DNA of 56,062 bases, filler included, from Chthonomonadaceae bacterium (GTDB lineage Bacteria; Armatimonadota; Chthonomonadetes; Chthonomonadales; Chthonomonadaceae): assembly GCA_035650735.1 (NCBI GenBank). It is 3 parts of 3 records of this genome, joined end to end, with 100 filler letters (N's around TTAATTAATTAA, not from the genome) between each part and the next. Parts side by side here need not be neighbours in the genome. Positions count along the whole stretch, not along the records: positions 19,829 to 38,483 come from DASRGZ010000207.1; positions 38,584 to 56,062 come from DASRGZ010000209.1; 1 more part is not named here. One strand, 5' to 3'. Shown here in pieces: positions 35,179 to 44,331 of the stretch (position 1 is the stretch's first letter; every line of letters begins with the position of its first letter). The position numbers and the translations under genes were made by a program. The notes beneath the pieces are model-generated. The model saw only the letters and a program-made list of their open reading frames with translations. It was not told where the DNA came from and ran no database searches.

Positions 35179-37986
35179 ATGAAGACGGCTCTGTGGCATT
35201 GGCGCGCGCTGGCAAAACGTTTCGGTGTGGGGATGGGCCTGTTCTGTCTGGGCCTGCCTGCCTTTGCGGGAGCGCTATCCCTTTCGCTGTCGGTGCGGCT
35301 CGAACCGCCGGCCTGGTTTCTCGCGGGCGCGCGTCCCCTGACCGCCGTGTTGATCGGAGGGAAGGGGCAAGCGGCAGCCTCCTCGCAGCCATCGCTGCCT
35401 GCATCAGCAGATACGGAACTGGAAACGCTGGCTCAGAAAGGCGTGGAGGCATATGAAAAAGGCGGAGACACGGCGGAAAAAGCCTGGCTGGACGCGCTGA
35501 AGTCCTCCCAGGCGCACGTTCCGGGCTGGATGCGCAACTTGCACTGGTTCCTCTGCCGCGCTTACGCGAACAAGGATCGGCTGGATAAAGCCATTGAGCA
35601 TGGCAAGCTGGCGCTGCCGCAGGCCGAACCCACCAACGCGAAAGACGCAAAGGCGCTTGCCAGCCGTCTCGGCAGGCTGGGGATGATCTACTACGAGGCG
35701 GGCCAAATGGATGAGGCCCTGTTCTATCTCAGCCGCACCTTAGACCTCACCACCCGATTCCATCTGGGTGCTGTCCTGGAAGCGCCCTGCCGACAGGGGA
35801 TCGGAATGGTATATCACTACTGGGGCCAGTACGAGGAGGCGCTGGATAATCTGCGGCAGGCGCGGACGCTTTATCTGGCGCTGAGTAAGGACAGGGACAG
35901 CAAGGCGGCCAACGACGGCGCGGTAGGGGCAGCGGAATGCACCGGCTCTATGGCAATCGTCTATACCAACCGGGGCGAATATTCGCGGGCGTTACAGCTT
36001 TACCAGGCCGTTCTGAACATGTGCGCCTGGGGAGAGGTGGCCCATCCCGAATACAAGCAACAGATTGGCCTGGGCCGGATCTGGGTGAATCTGGGCAAGG
36101 GGCTGACGTACCTGCTGATGGAAAGGCGCGACGACGCGGTCAACTGCTTTACGCAGGCCCTTGTCGAAAGCCGGAAGCTGGCCGAGCCTGATAAGCTGCT
36201 CACGGCCCACTGCGAGGTGGCGCTGGGCTATGGCCTGTCTCAGCGTGGAGATGTAAAACGCGGAGATTATGTCAACGGCCTGAAGCATTCCGATCAGGCG
36301 CTGGCTTTCTATTCTACGCGGCAAGACAAGAAGGTCATCGCCATCGCAGAGGGGGTGCGGGGCTTCAACCTGGAAGGGATGGGGCGGCTGCGTGAGGCGG
36401 AACAGGCCTACAAAGCCTCGCTGACTGCCGGAGAGGAGTTCGGCACACAGGTCGGAGATGCCAGCCGCCTGGGCGAGGTACAGGATATTTTTCCGCATCC
36501 CTATGCCGTGACGGCCAACCTGCTGGTACGCGAGGGCAAGAAGGAAGAGGCCCTCACCACCGTGGAACGCGGGCGTGGGCAGGGACTGGCAAAACAAGCC
36601 GCGCAGTCGGCTATTTCGCTCGATCGAATGCTGCGGCCGGAGGATGCCGCCGAGCTAAAGCGACATGCCGAGGCGCTGAACATGGCCGGAAGCCGGCTGC
36701 GCGCCATGTCCAGTCGCGCCGTGCCCACCGATGCGGCAGGCCAGCAGCGTCTGGCCGTACAGCTTACCGAGGCGCAGGCAGGGTACAGCGAAGCCCTGCG
36801 ACAGCTTTCCGGCTTCCGCGACAGCCTCTTAGCCCGGCCTGAGTACGCCGACTATCGCCGACTGCAAGGGACCAAACCGCCCACGTTCGCCGAATTGGTC
36901 ACGCTGGCCCAACGGCATCCTGACACGCTCTACCTCGAGTGGGCCATCGTCAACGAGAGGACGACCCTGCTGTTCGCTCTCTCGGCGCAGGCGGGCCTGA
37001 ATGTGTTCAGGCTGCCGGTTGGCATGAAGACGCTCACGCAGCAGGTTAGCGACTGGCGTGCCCAGATCGCTGCGAGAACCTCGCAGGAACCGCGCTCTGC
37101 CCGTGCCCTCTATCGCGCGCTTTTCGGCCCGCTGGAGCAGAATGGGCCGCTGCGTTCCGGGCACTATCGCCGCCTGGTGCTTGTCGCGGATGGCCCGGTG
37201 CTGGACGTGCCCTTTGCCGCCCTTGTGGATATGCAGGATAAGCGCCTGGTAGAACATTACGCGCTCGCTTCCTCGGTCTCGCTGGCCTCGCTGACCTGGC
37301 CGGACAACCGCCTGACTCCCTCGGCCTCGCTGCTGTGCGCCGCCGATCCGACCGGCCAGGCGGAATTGGGGGATATCGGCTCCGTGCGCCATGCGTTCGC
37401 GCCCCTGCCGTCGGCGCGACTGGAAGGCAAGGCGGTGGCAAAGATGTTTGCGGGCGCGGCGATTCTGGTGGGACCGAGCGCGACGGAAGCGGAGATAAAG
37501 CGGCGGATGAGCCGCTACACGCTGCTGCACTTCGCCACGCACGGCTCTGCCGACAGCCATAACGGCCTGCGCTCCTTCCTGGTGCTGGCCGAGGGAGACG
37601 GCGAGGACGGTTTTCTGGAAGCGCGTGAAATTGTGGAGATGCGGCTGGCGGCGCAGTTGGTGGTGCTGTCGGCGTGCGAGACGGCCCTGGGACAGAAAAG
37701 CGGCGGTGAGGGTCTGCTGGGGCTGGCGTGGGCCTTTCGCGCCGCCGGATGTCCCAGTGTCGTGGCCTCGCAATGGAGGGTGGATGATGCTGCGACAGCG
37801 AAGCTGATGGTGGCCTTCTACCGGGCGCTGAGGGACAACGGCCGGCCCAAGGACGAAGCTTTGCGGCAGGCGATGCTCTCGATTAAGCAGGACGGTATCG
37901 CCGCGCACCGCCAGCCGGCTCTGTGGGCGGCCTTCGCCGTCATCGGCGATACCAGCCCGCTCGCCCTGCCCCTGAGAGGGCGATAA
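35179..37986 (+). CDS. TPR + CHAT (caspase-like) domain protein
   Basis: TPR-like repeats; LLHFATHG and VVLSACET catalytic His/Cys motifs; SQWRVDD; WAAF. Confidence 0.93.
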   Translation: MKTALWHWRALAKRFGVGMGLFCLGLPAFAGALSLSLSVRLEPPAWFLAGARPLTAVLIGGKGQAAASSQPSLPASADTELETLAQKGVEAYEKGGDTAEKAWLDALKSSQAHVPGWMRNLHWFLCRAYANKDRLDKAIEHGKLALPQAEPTNAKDAKALASRLGRLGMIYYEAGQMDEALFYLSRTLDLTTRFHLGAVLEAPCRQGIGMVYHYWGQYEEALDNLRQARTLYLALSKDRDSKAANDGAVGAAECTGSMAIVYTNRGEYSRALQLYQAVLNMCAWGEVAHPEYKQQIGLGRIWVNLGKGLTYLLMERRDDAVNCFTQALVESRKLAEPDKLLTAHCEVALGYGLSQRGDVKRGDYVNGLKHSDQALAFYSTRQDKKVIAIAEGVRGFNLEGMGRLREAEQAYKASLTAGEEFGTQVGDASRLGEVQDIFPHPYAVTANLLVREGKKEEALTTVERGRGQGLAKQAAQSAISLDRMLRPEDAAELKRHAEALNMAGSRLRAMSSRAVPTDAAGQQRLAVQLTEAQAGYSEALRQLSGFRDSLLARPEYADYRRLQGTKPPTFAELVTLAQRHPDTLYLEWAIVNERTTLLFALSAQAGLNVFRLPVGMKTLTQQVSDWRAQIAARTSQEPRSARALYRALFGPLEQNGPLRSGHYRRLVLVADGPVLDVPFAALVDMQDKRLVEHYALASSVSLASLTWPDNRLTPSASLLCAADPTGQAELGDIGSVRHAFAPLPSARLEGKAVAKMFAGAAILVGPSATEAEIKRRMSRYTLLHFATHGSADSHNGLRSFLVLAEGDGEDGFLEAREIVEMRLAAQLVVLSACETALGQKSGGEGLLGLAWAFRAAGCPSVVASQWRVDDAATAKLMVAFYRALRDNGRPKDEALRQAMLSIKQDGIAAHRQPALWAAFAVIGDTSPLALPLRGR

Positions 37987-38075
37987 AGAGACCTCAGATA
38001 GACGAGGATTTGTTTGGCAAAAAACTCCTCTTTCTTGCCAAAGATGTTATAATAGAGGCAGGAGGAAGAACCGCA

Positions 38076-38345
38076 ATGGCGACTATGAATATTTCGCTTC
38101 CTGATACTATGAAGGCCTTTGTAGAGGCGGAAGTTGCTGAAGGAGGCTACAATACTGCAAGTGAATACTTCCGCGCTTTGGTACGGGAGGCCCAGGAGCG
38201 CAAGGCGAGGGTTCGACTTGAGGCGCTTCTCCTGGAAGGGCTACAGAGCGGCGCAGCGACCCCGATGACCGAAGACGATTGGGAAGACATCCGCCGCGAA
38301 GTGCGGGAGCGCGCTGTCCAGCGCAATGCACAGAAGAGTACCTAA
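38076..38345 (+). CDS. parD: ParD-like type II antitoxin (CC2985/RHH family)
   Basis: MNISLPDTMKAFVEAEVAEGGYNTASEYFRALVRE...LLLEGLQSG...DWEDIR; SD AGGAGG; TGnTATAAT upstream. Confidence 0.88.
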   Translation: MATMNISLPDTMKAFVEAEVAEGGYNTASEYFRALVREAQERKARVRLEALLLEGLQSGAATPMTEDDWEDIRREVRERAVQRNAQKST

Positions 38346-38483
38346 CTCAAGTTGCCACCTACGCGAGAATGGCATAAGCCAGCACAGTAAGAACGATCTT
38401 GAGTTCAAATCCTGCCGGTGTCACCGCATGTAAGTGCGGCTGAACCAGTTGGTCACTCCACTAAAGGTCGTCTCCACCCGCTT
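38343..38483 (-). mobile_element. Right end of an IS982-family element, copy 1
   Basis: 141 bp identical to 55922-56062; minus strand encodes KRVETTFS...HAVTPAGFELKIVLTVLAYAILA* and then GTGGCAACTTGAGTTA. Confidence 0.85.
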
Positions 38484-38583
38484 NNNNNNNNNNNNNNNNN
38501 NNNNNNNNNNNNNNNNNNNNNNNNNNNTTAATTAATTAANNNNNNNNNNNNNNNNNNNNNNNNNNNNNNNNNNNNNNNNNNNN
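38484..38583. other. Artificial contig linker
   Basis: N-run, TTAATTAATTAA, N-run. Confidence 0.98.
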
Positions 38584-38997
38584 ATAGACGGCATGCATCT
38601 GACCACGCTCTGGCCCGGCAAGTTCTTCCTGGTCGTCTTCGCCTATCTGACGGATACGGCAGAGTACGGCGGGGCCACGACCGTGCTGCCGGGCAGTCAC
38701 CGCCAGGTGTTCACGCACTGGGCACAGCAGAACCATCCGGGCAGCACCCATCCGCCAACCGATCTGGCCTATGCCGAGCCGATGCCCCTACCGGGCCGGG
38801 CCGGGGATGTGCTCTTCCTGCACTACCTGCTGGTCCACAGCGGGTCGGCCAACCACTCCGATCACATCCGCGTGGGCCTGAATACCGCCGTCATGCCCGA
38901 CCCAGAGCATCCCTATCGGCGCAAGTCCGGCCCGCCGCAGCCCGATTGGACACCGCTGGATTGGACGCTGCGCACCGATAACCTGGAAACCGCCTGA
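38584..38997 (+). CDS. Phytanoyl-CoA dioxygenase (PhyH)-family protein, 5' truncated by gap
   Basis: YLTD...GGATTVLPGSH, AGDVLFLHYLLVHSGSAN...R. Confidence 0.8.
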   Translation: MDGMHLTTLWPGKFFLVVFAYLTDTAEYGGATTVLPGSHRQVFTHWAQQNHPGSTHPPTDLAYAEPMPLPGRAGDVLFLHYLLVHSGSANHSDHIRVGLNTAVMPDPEHPYRRKSGPPQPDWTPLDWTLRTDNLETA

Positions 38998-39086
38998 AGC
39001 GCCAGAACGCCGGGTTGCCAGGCAGAGCGGCACGCCGCAGAGAGGGCGATCCGGCACGGATTGCCGGGCGTATTGGGAGGAACCAC

Positions 39087-40118
39087 GTGATCCATCTGGC
39101 CCTGATCGGCTGTGGGGGCATGTCGCGCACGCACCGAGCGCGCTTCGCGGCGCTGGCCCACCGGCTGCAAGTCACCGCCACCGTAGACATCGAGCTAGAG
39201 CGCGCACAGAAGGCCGCCTCGGCGCTTGGCGCTCCAATAGCGACCCGGCATGTCCAGGAGGCTTTGCCCCATTGCGACGCCGTTTTGATCGCCCTGCCCC
39301 ACCACCTGCATCACCCGGTAGGTATGGAGTGCCTGGCAGCAGGCAAGCACGTCCTGATGGAGAAGCCGCTGGCTAACACCGAACGGCAATGCCTGGACCT
39401 CATCGAAGAGGCAGAGCGGCAGGGCGTGGTGCTAATGGTAGCCTACTGCATGCGCTTCCACCCACTTACCCTCCGCATGAAGGAACTAATTGACGCCAAA
39501 ACTTACGGTAAGACCTTCCACGTCTCCATCTGGACCGAGCAGTATACCCACTACGGCGAAGGCTCCTGGGCGCATCGGGCCGAGACGCTGGGCGGCGGCC
39601 AGTTCTTCAGCCACGGCTGCCACTATGTGGATATTCTGCTCCACTACCTGGGCAATCCGGTGGAGGGCGCACACATGGGCACCAACTTTGGAACACCCTG
39701 GATGGAGCGGGAGGGCACCAGCGATGCGTTCATTAAGTTTGAGAGCGGGGCGGTGGGCTATCATGGCGGGACGTGGGGCGCGAAGGGAACGCGCCTGGGC
39801 TATGCGTTCCATGCACAGGCGACCGAGGGGATGCTGGAGGCGGACTTCTACAAGGGACGGCTGACGCTGATCCGGGGCGGTAAGGAAGAGGAACTGCTAC
39901 AGGTGGAGGACAGCAGCAAGTATACCGACCGGGAGACGGCTCATTTCCTGGATTGCATCGAGCGGAGGGAGCGCCCGATTACGGACGGCCCGCGCAGCCT
40001 GCAAGGGCTGCGAGTCATCTGGCGAATGTATGAGGCGGAGAGAAATAAGACGGTGGCTGATCTGCGCGGTCTGGGATTGGAGCAGCCCTGGCGCGTAACA
40101 GAGAAAAGAGGCAAATAG
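39087..40118 (+). CDS. Gfo/Idh/MocA family oxidoreductase
   Basis: LIGCGG, AGKHVLMEKPLA, GGG...HGCHYVD. Confidence 0.93.
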   Translation: MIHLALIGCGGMSRTHRARFAALAHRLQVTATVDIELERAQKAASALGAPIATRHVQEALPHCDAVLIALPHHLHHPVGMECLAAGKHVLMEKPLANTERQCLDLIEEAERQGVVLMVAYCMRFHPLTLRMKELIDAKTYGKTFHVSIWTEQYTHYGEGSWAHRAETLGGGQFFSHGCHYVDILLHYLGNPVEGAHMGTNFGTPWMEREGTSDAFIKFESGAVGYHGGTWGAKGTRLGYAFHAQATEGMLEADFYKGRLTLIRGGKEEELLQVEDSSKYTDRETAHFLDCIERRERPITDGPRSLQGLRVIWRMYEAERNKTVADLRGLGLEQPWRVTEKRGK

Positions 40119-40443
40119 CCCTCACCCCCAATCCCTCTCCCACGCTGCGGGAGAGGGGAGAGGCCCCCACCCCCTTCCCCACTGCTAGGGTCGGCGCTCA
40201 ACGGTTCGGGCCACTGCCAGGGTCGGCAAGGTTACGGCCCTTGCCTCCGCCTTGCGACACCTTGCGATCCCCAAGGACAGGGGAGGGGAGAGCAGAAGCC
40301 GGGTGTTTCCTCTGCCTGCAAAGGTATCGCTAGGCGGAGGGGCCAACCATTGTAGCCCCGACCCTGGCAGTCAACGGGCCGCAGGCCCCACAGCGGCAGG
40401 GTTTAGCCTGCCGGAAGAGGGGACGGGGGGTTAGGTAAGTCCG
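40117..40443. repeat. Composite hairpin element, copy 2
   Basis: Same termini as 2165-2531; contains three 21-nt modules. Confidence 0.8.
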
Positions 40444-40473
40444 CGTAGGGCGCGAACGAGAAAAGAGGCAGAC

Positions 40474-41961
40474 GTGAAAAAGCGCGTGTTGCTGGCGGGA
40501 TTATCCCATGAAACCAATACGTTCGTGAGAGGATTGACCTCATTGGCCGACTTCCGTATCCTGCCCGGAGAGGAGATGCGCCAGGCCGAGGGCGACGCCT
40601 CCACGCTGGCCGGGCTGCTGGAGGTGGCCAGAGAGCGGGACTGGGAGGTTATTCCTGTGGTGCATATGGGAGCCACCCCCGGCCCCACCGTCGCCGACGA
40701 GGTCATCGGCACGTTCTGGAAGACGTTTGAGGCAGCGGCGGCCCGCGCGATTCCCCAGGGCGTGGACGGCATCCTGCTGGACATGCACGGGGCGATGGTC
40801 AGCCAATCCCTGCCTGATGTGGAGGGGGAGTTGCTGCGGCGCATTCGCCGCTTGCCCGGCCTCGCGGACGTGCCCCTCTGCGGCGTGCTGGACCTGCACG
40901 GCAACTTTACGGCGGCGATGGCCCAGCACAGCAACGGGCTGGTCGCCTACCGCCAGAACCCTCACGCCGACTCCCGACAGACGGCCGTGGAGGCCGCGCG
41001 CCTGCTCGACCGGCTCCTGCACACCGGAGAACGCCCGGCTATGGTCTGGGAGCACCCGCCGATTGTCTGGCCGCCGACCGGCACCGGCACGGCGGACGAG
41101 CCGATGCGCTCTCTAGAGGCACGGGCGCGCGAAATCGAGGCGGCCCACCCGGAGATACTGGCCGTCAACGTCTTCGGCGGCTTCTCCTTTGCCGATATTC
41201 CCGAGGCGGGCCTCAGCTTCTCCGCCGTCACCCTGGGCGCTCCGGAGGCAACCCACTCCCTGCTGAAGGAGCTAAGCGCACTGGCTCTGGAGCGCAAAGA
41301 GCAGGGCAATCGCATGGGAATGCCGTTAGAAGAGGCGATGCAGCGATTGGGCCGGCACCGGGAAGGCCCTGTGCTGCTGGTCGAGCCTGCCGACAACATC
41401 GGCGGCGGTGCGCCGGGCGATTGCACTCCCGTTCTGCGGGCGCTGCTGGAGCATAACGTTCAGAACGCCGCCGTCTGCATCAACGACCCGGAGACGGTAC
41501 AGGCGCTCTGGAATCTCGCCCCTGGCGAGCGAAAGCGGGTTGCCGTCGGCGGCAAGAGCGGCGAGATAGGCGCCACGGAACCGGTGCGGCTGGAAGTCGA
41601 GATGGTCTCGAAGAGCGATGGCCGCTACACTCTGGAAGACCCGCACAGCCACGCCGCCGGAAGCGGGCGGCATCAGGAGATGGGGCCGTGCGTGGTCGTG
41701 CGTCATGCGGGCCTGCGCCTCCTGCTTACCAGCCGCAAAACCCCGCCCTTTGATCTGGGGCAGTGGCGCAGCCAGGGCATACACCCGGAGGCGCTGTTTG
41801 TCATCGGGGTCAAGGCGGCGGTGGCGCATCGGCAAGCCTATAATAAGATCGCCAAAGCCAGCTACACGCTCGATACGCCGGGGCCGTGCGCGGAGAACCT
41901 ACGCCGCCTGCCCTACCAGCATATACAACGCCCTATCTATCCGCTCGATGAGCTACCCTGA
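40474..41961 (+). CDS. M81 family metallopeptidase (MlrC-like)
   Basis: HETNTF, DMHGAMV, LDLHGN, YRQNPHAD, ADNIGGGAPGD. Confidence 0.92.
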   Translation: MKKRVLLAGLSHETNTFVRGLTSLADFRILPGEEMRQAEGDASTLAGLLEVARERDWEVIPVVHMGATPGPTVADEVIGTFWKTFEAAAARAIPQGVDGILLDMHGAMVSQSLPDVEGELLRRIRRLPGLADVPLCGVLDLHGNFTAAMAQHSNGLVAYRQNPHADSRQTAVEAARLLDRLLHTGERPAMVWEHPPIVWPPTGTGTADEPMRSLEARAREIEAAHPEILAVNVFGGFSFADIPEAGLSFSAVTLGAPEATHSLLKELSALALERKEQGNRMGMPLEEAMQRLGRHREGPVLLVEPADNIGGGAPGDCTPVLRALLEHNVQNAAVCINDPETVQALWNLAPGERKRVAVGGKSGEIGATEPVRLEVEMVSKSDGRYTLEDPHSHAAGSGRHQEMGPCVVVRHAGLRLLLTSRKTPPFDLGQWRSQGIHPEALFVIGVKAAVAHRQAYNKIAKASYTLDTPGPCAENLRRLPYQHIQRPIYPLDELP

Positions 41962-41992
41962 AACCTCAAGCCCGGCCCTGCGTAGGCACGCC

Positions 41993-42224
41993 ACCTAACC
42001 TCCCGTCCGGCAGGCTAAAAACCCTGCCGCTATGGGGCCTACGGCCTGCTGCCTGCCTACGCAGGCAGAGACAAAGCTGGCTTCTGCTCTCCCTTCTCCC
42101 GTGCAGGGAGAAGGGCCGGAGAGGAGGGGAGATAAAAGAGAACCGAAGAACCTGGCAGTGAGAGAGTCTCCCCTCTCCTTCTGAAGGAGAGGGGAAGGGG
42201 GTGAGGTCTTCGGGGGTGAGGGCT
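41993..42224. repeat. Composite hairpin element, copy 3 (inverted)
   Basis: Starts ACCTAACC and ends GGGGGTGAGGGCT; 42048-42119 identical to 45418-45489. Confidence 0.85.
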
Positions 42225-42250
42225 ATTTTTGCTATCAGGAGGCTACGGCA

Positions 42251-43225
42251 GTGACGACAGCCAACACCACTACCTCGCGCCCGCTGCTCTGGGGCAATCT
42301 GCTGCATCTAAGCTACAATATGTGGGATGACCACGTCCATCCCAACCCACGCTCCCCCTATGTGATGTACGCGCCCTACCTGCGCTTCGACGAGAGCCTG
42401 TGGAACGATCTGCTCCAGCAGATGGCGCAGGCCGGGATGAACCTGGTCGTGCTGGATTTAGGGGACGGCGTGCGCTACGAGAGTCACCCGGAGATCGCCG
42501 TGCAGAACGCCTGGACGCCCGAAAAGCTCAAAAGTGAGCTGGCGAAGATGCGCCAACTGGGCCTGGAGCCGATCCCCAAGCTCAACTTCTCCACCGCGCA
42601 CGACGCCTGGCTGGCCGAGTATTCGCGCATGGTTTCCACGCCGCAATACTATGCGGTCTGCCGGGATCTGATCCAGGAAGTGATCGCGCTCTTTGACCGG
42701 CCCCGCTTCTTTCACCTGGGCATGGACGAGGAGACCTGCGCTCACCAGCGGGATTTTGAATATGTGGTGGTGCGGCAGAAAGAGTTGTGGTGGCGCGATC
42801 TGTATTTCTACATTGCGCAGGTAGAGAAAGAGGGCGTCCGTCCCTGGATCTGGTCGGACTACGTCTGGCACCATCCCGATCTGTTCTACCAGAAGATGCC
42901 TCCGTCGGTAGTGCAGAGCAATTGGTATTACGAGAGCCGCTTCGATGCCGTTCGGGAGCCGGGGCCGCCGCAGCCCTATGACTACTCCCGCGCGTATCTG
43001 GCCTATCTTGATCTGGCCGAACACGGCTACGATCAGATCCCGACCGGCAGCAACTGGTCCACGCCTGCTAACTTTGAGGCGACCGTGGCGTTCTGCCGAC
43101 AGCATATCCCTGCCGAGCGTCTGCTGGGCTTCCTACAGACGCCCTGGAAGCCAACGCTGGAGGCTTGCCGCCAGCATCACCAGGAGGCGATAGAGCAGGT
43201 CGAGCGTGCGATGCGTCTCCAATAA
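42251..43225 (+). CDS. Putative TIM-barrel glycoside hydrolase (GH20-like motif)
   Basis: IPKLNFSTAHD and FHLGMDEE, resembling the GH20 H-x-G-x-D-E motif. Confidence 0.6.
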   Translation: MTTANTTTSRPLLWGNLLHLSYNMWDDHVHPNPRSPYVMYAPYLRFDESLWNDLLQQMAQAGMNLVVLDLGDGVRYESHPEIAVQNAWTPEKLKSELAKMRQLGLEPIPKLNFSTAHDAWLAEYSRMVSTPQYYAVCRDLIQEVIALFDRPRFFHLGMDEETCAHQRDFEYVVVRQKELWWRDLYFYIAQVEKEGVRPWIWSDYVWHHPDLFYQKMPPSVVQSNWYYESRFDAVREPGPPQPYDYSRAYLAYLDLAEHGYDQIPTGSNWSTPANFEATVAFCRQHIPAERLLGFLQTPWKPTLEACRQHHQEAIEQVERAMRLQ

Positions 43226-43423
43226 AGGGCAGGCGCGCTTGCCTCCTCTGAAACGCGACGCTGGCTTCACGCCTGCGGCCTCTGGTGGAGAGAATCCCCT
43301 TAACAGGAAGTTCCCTTCCCACAACCCCAGACGCGAAGCCAGCGCGCTCCCTCACCGGGAGTTCCTTTGGCAGTCAGGCTGACTTAAATAGGGAGGCCGC
43401 TGCGATGCCGGAACGGCACCGGA

Positions 43424-43813
43424 TTAGCCGAGGCCGTGTACCACCCGATGCCGCCGCATGCCACGATGGCGCCGCATGCGATGATGGCGGCGACCATAAT
43501 GATGGCGCATGCCACGATGGCGCCGCATGCCACGATGCCGGCGGCCACGATGCATACGGGTGCCTCCCATGTTGCCCATGGTGCCGCCCATGTTGTTCAT
43601 GCCGGCTCCGCCACGGCGCGTGCCGCGCGTCCGATTCATCTGATTGCCAGTCTGTCCGGCGTTATTGTTCGTCGTGCCGCCGGTCTGTGTCTGACCGGCA
43701 GCGCCGGTCGTGCCCCCGCCCGTCTGGTTACCCGTTCCCTGGGCAGAGACAAAGCCGGGGATGCTCAGGAGAACGCCCAATCCCATCGCAGCCAACAACA
43801 TACGACCTTTCAT
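43424..43813 (-). CDS. Secreted low-complexity Gly/Thr then Arg/His/Met-rich protein
   Basis: SD GAGGAGG, Sec signal ending VSA-Q, MRRHRG-type hexapeptide repeats. Confidence 0.75.
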   Translation of the reverse strand: MKGRMLLAAMGLGVLLSIPGFVSAQGTGNQTGGGTTGAAGQTQTGGTTNNNAGQTGNQMNRTRGTRRGGAGMNNMGGTMGNMGGTRMHRGRRHRGMRRHRGMRHHYGRRHHRMRRHRGMRRHRVVHGLG

Positions 43814-44172
43814 CTTTTCCTCCTCATGGAGCGGCTTACTGGTTGCCTGCTTGAATGTGTGGGACTTACTGGAAAGCGCTTGCACCTTCGAACAGGATTC
43901 TCAGGGTACAGGGCATTTCGTTCTCTGTCGTATCTCGAAGAGATGGGCCGTTGCGTCGTGCCGAAGCACCAGAGAAAACGTTCCTGAGGCTGATATTGGG
44001 AGGCAACCAGAACGGCTATAAGACGGGCCGCTATAACCGCTTGTTCCCGGTTTATTCCCGATTTACTTTCCAACCTTTAGAGGATTTTTATCCCGGTCAT
44101 TAGTTATAATTGATCGCGCTCCGGGCAAATGATGGGAGCAGGCCCAAGCGCCGCCCCGGCTCCTGTTCTCCT

Positions 44173-44210
44173 CAAATCCCCCTGAGTTTGCCGCCGGTTT
44201 CTGCCGATAA
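44173..44210 (+). promoter_or_regulatory. Sigma28-type promoter upstream of pseB
   Basis: caaatccccc-TGAG-N16-GCCGATAA (consensus -10). Confidence 0.6.
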
Positions 44211-44331
44211 AACGGGGGGGAAGCCCGTATTCTTGTTGGGCCGCAAAACGGCTGTGCCCGGCTCTACGCCTCAGGCGCATATTCCCCGCCCAAGTTCCAC
44301 ATCACCCTTTGCGTCAGAAGGAATCGCTGCC

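Noticed and set aside
38398..38428. GTTCAAATCCTGCCGGTGTCACC resembling a tRNA 3' end or att site (also near 55980)
   Set aside because: T-stem cannot pair and no D or anticodon arms; explained as antisense of transposase codons VTPAGFEL
43285..43987. Plus-strand Cys/His-rich ORFs (ACHDG repeats) as metallothionein-like genes
   Set aside because: Antisense to the minus-strand ORF, which has a clear SD and signal peptide
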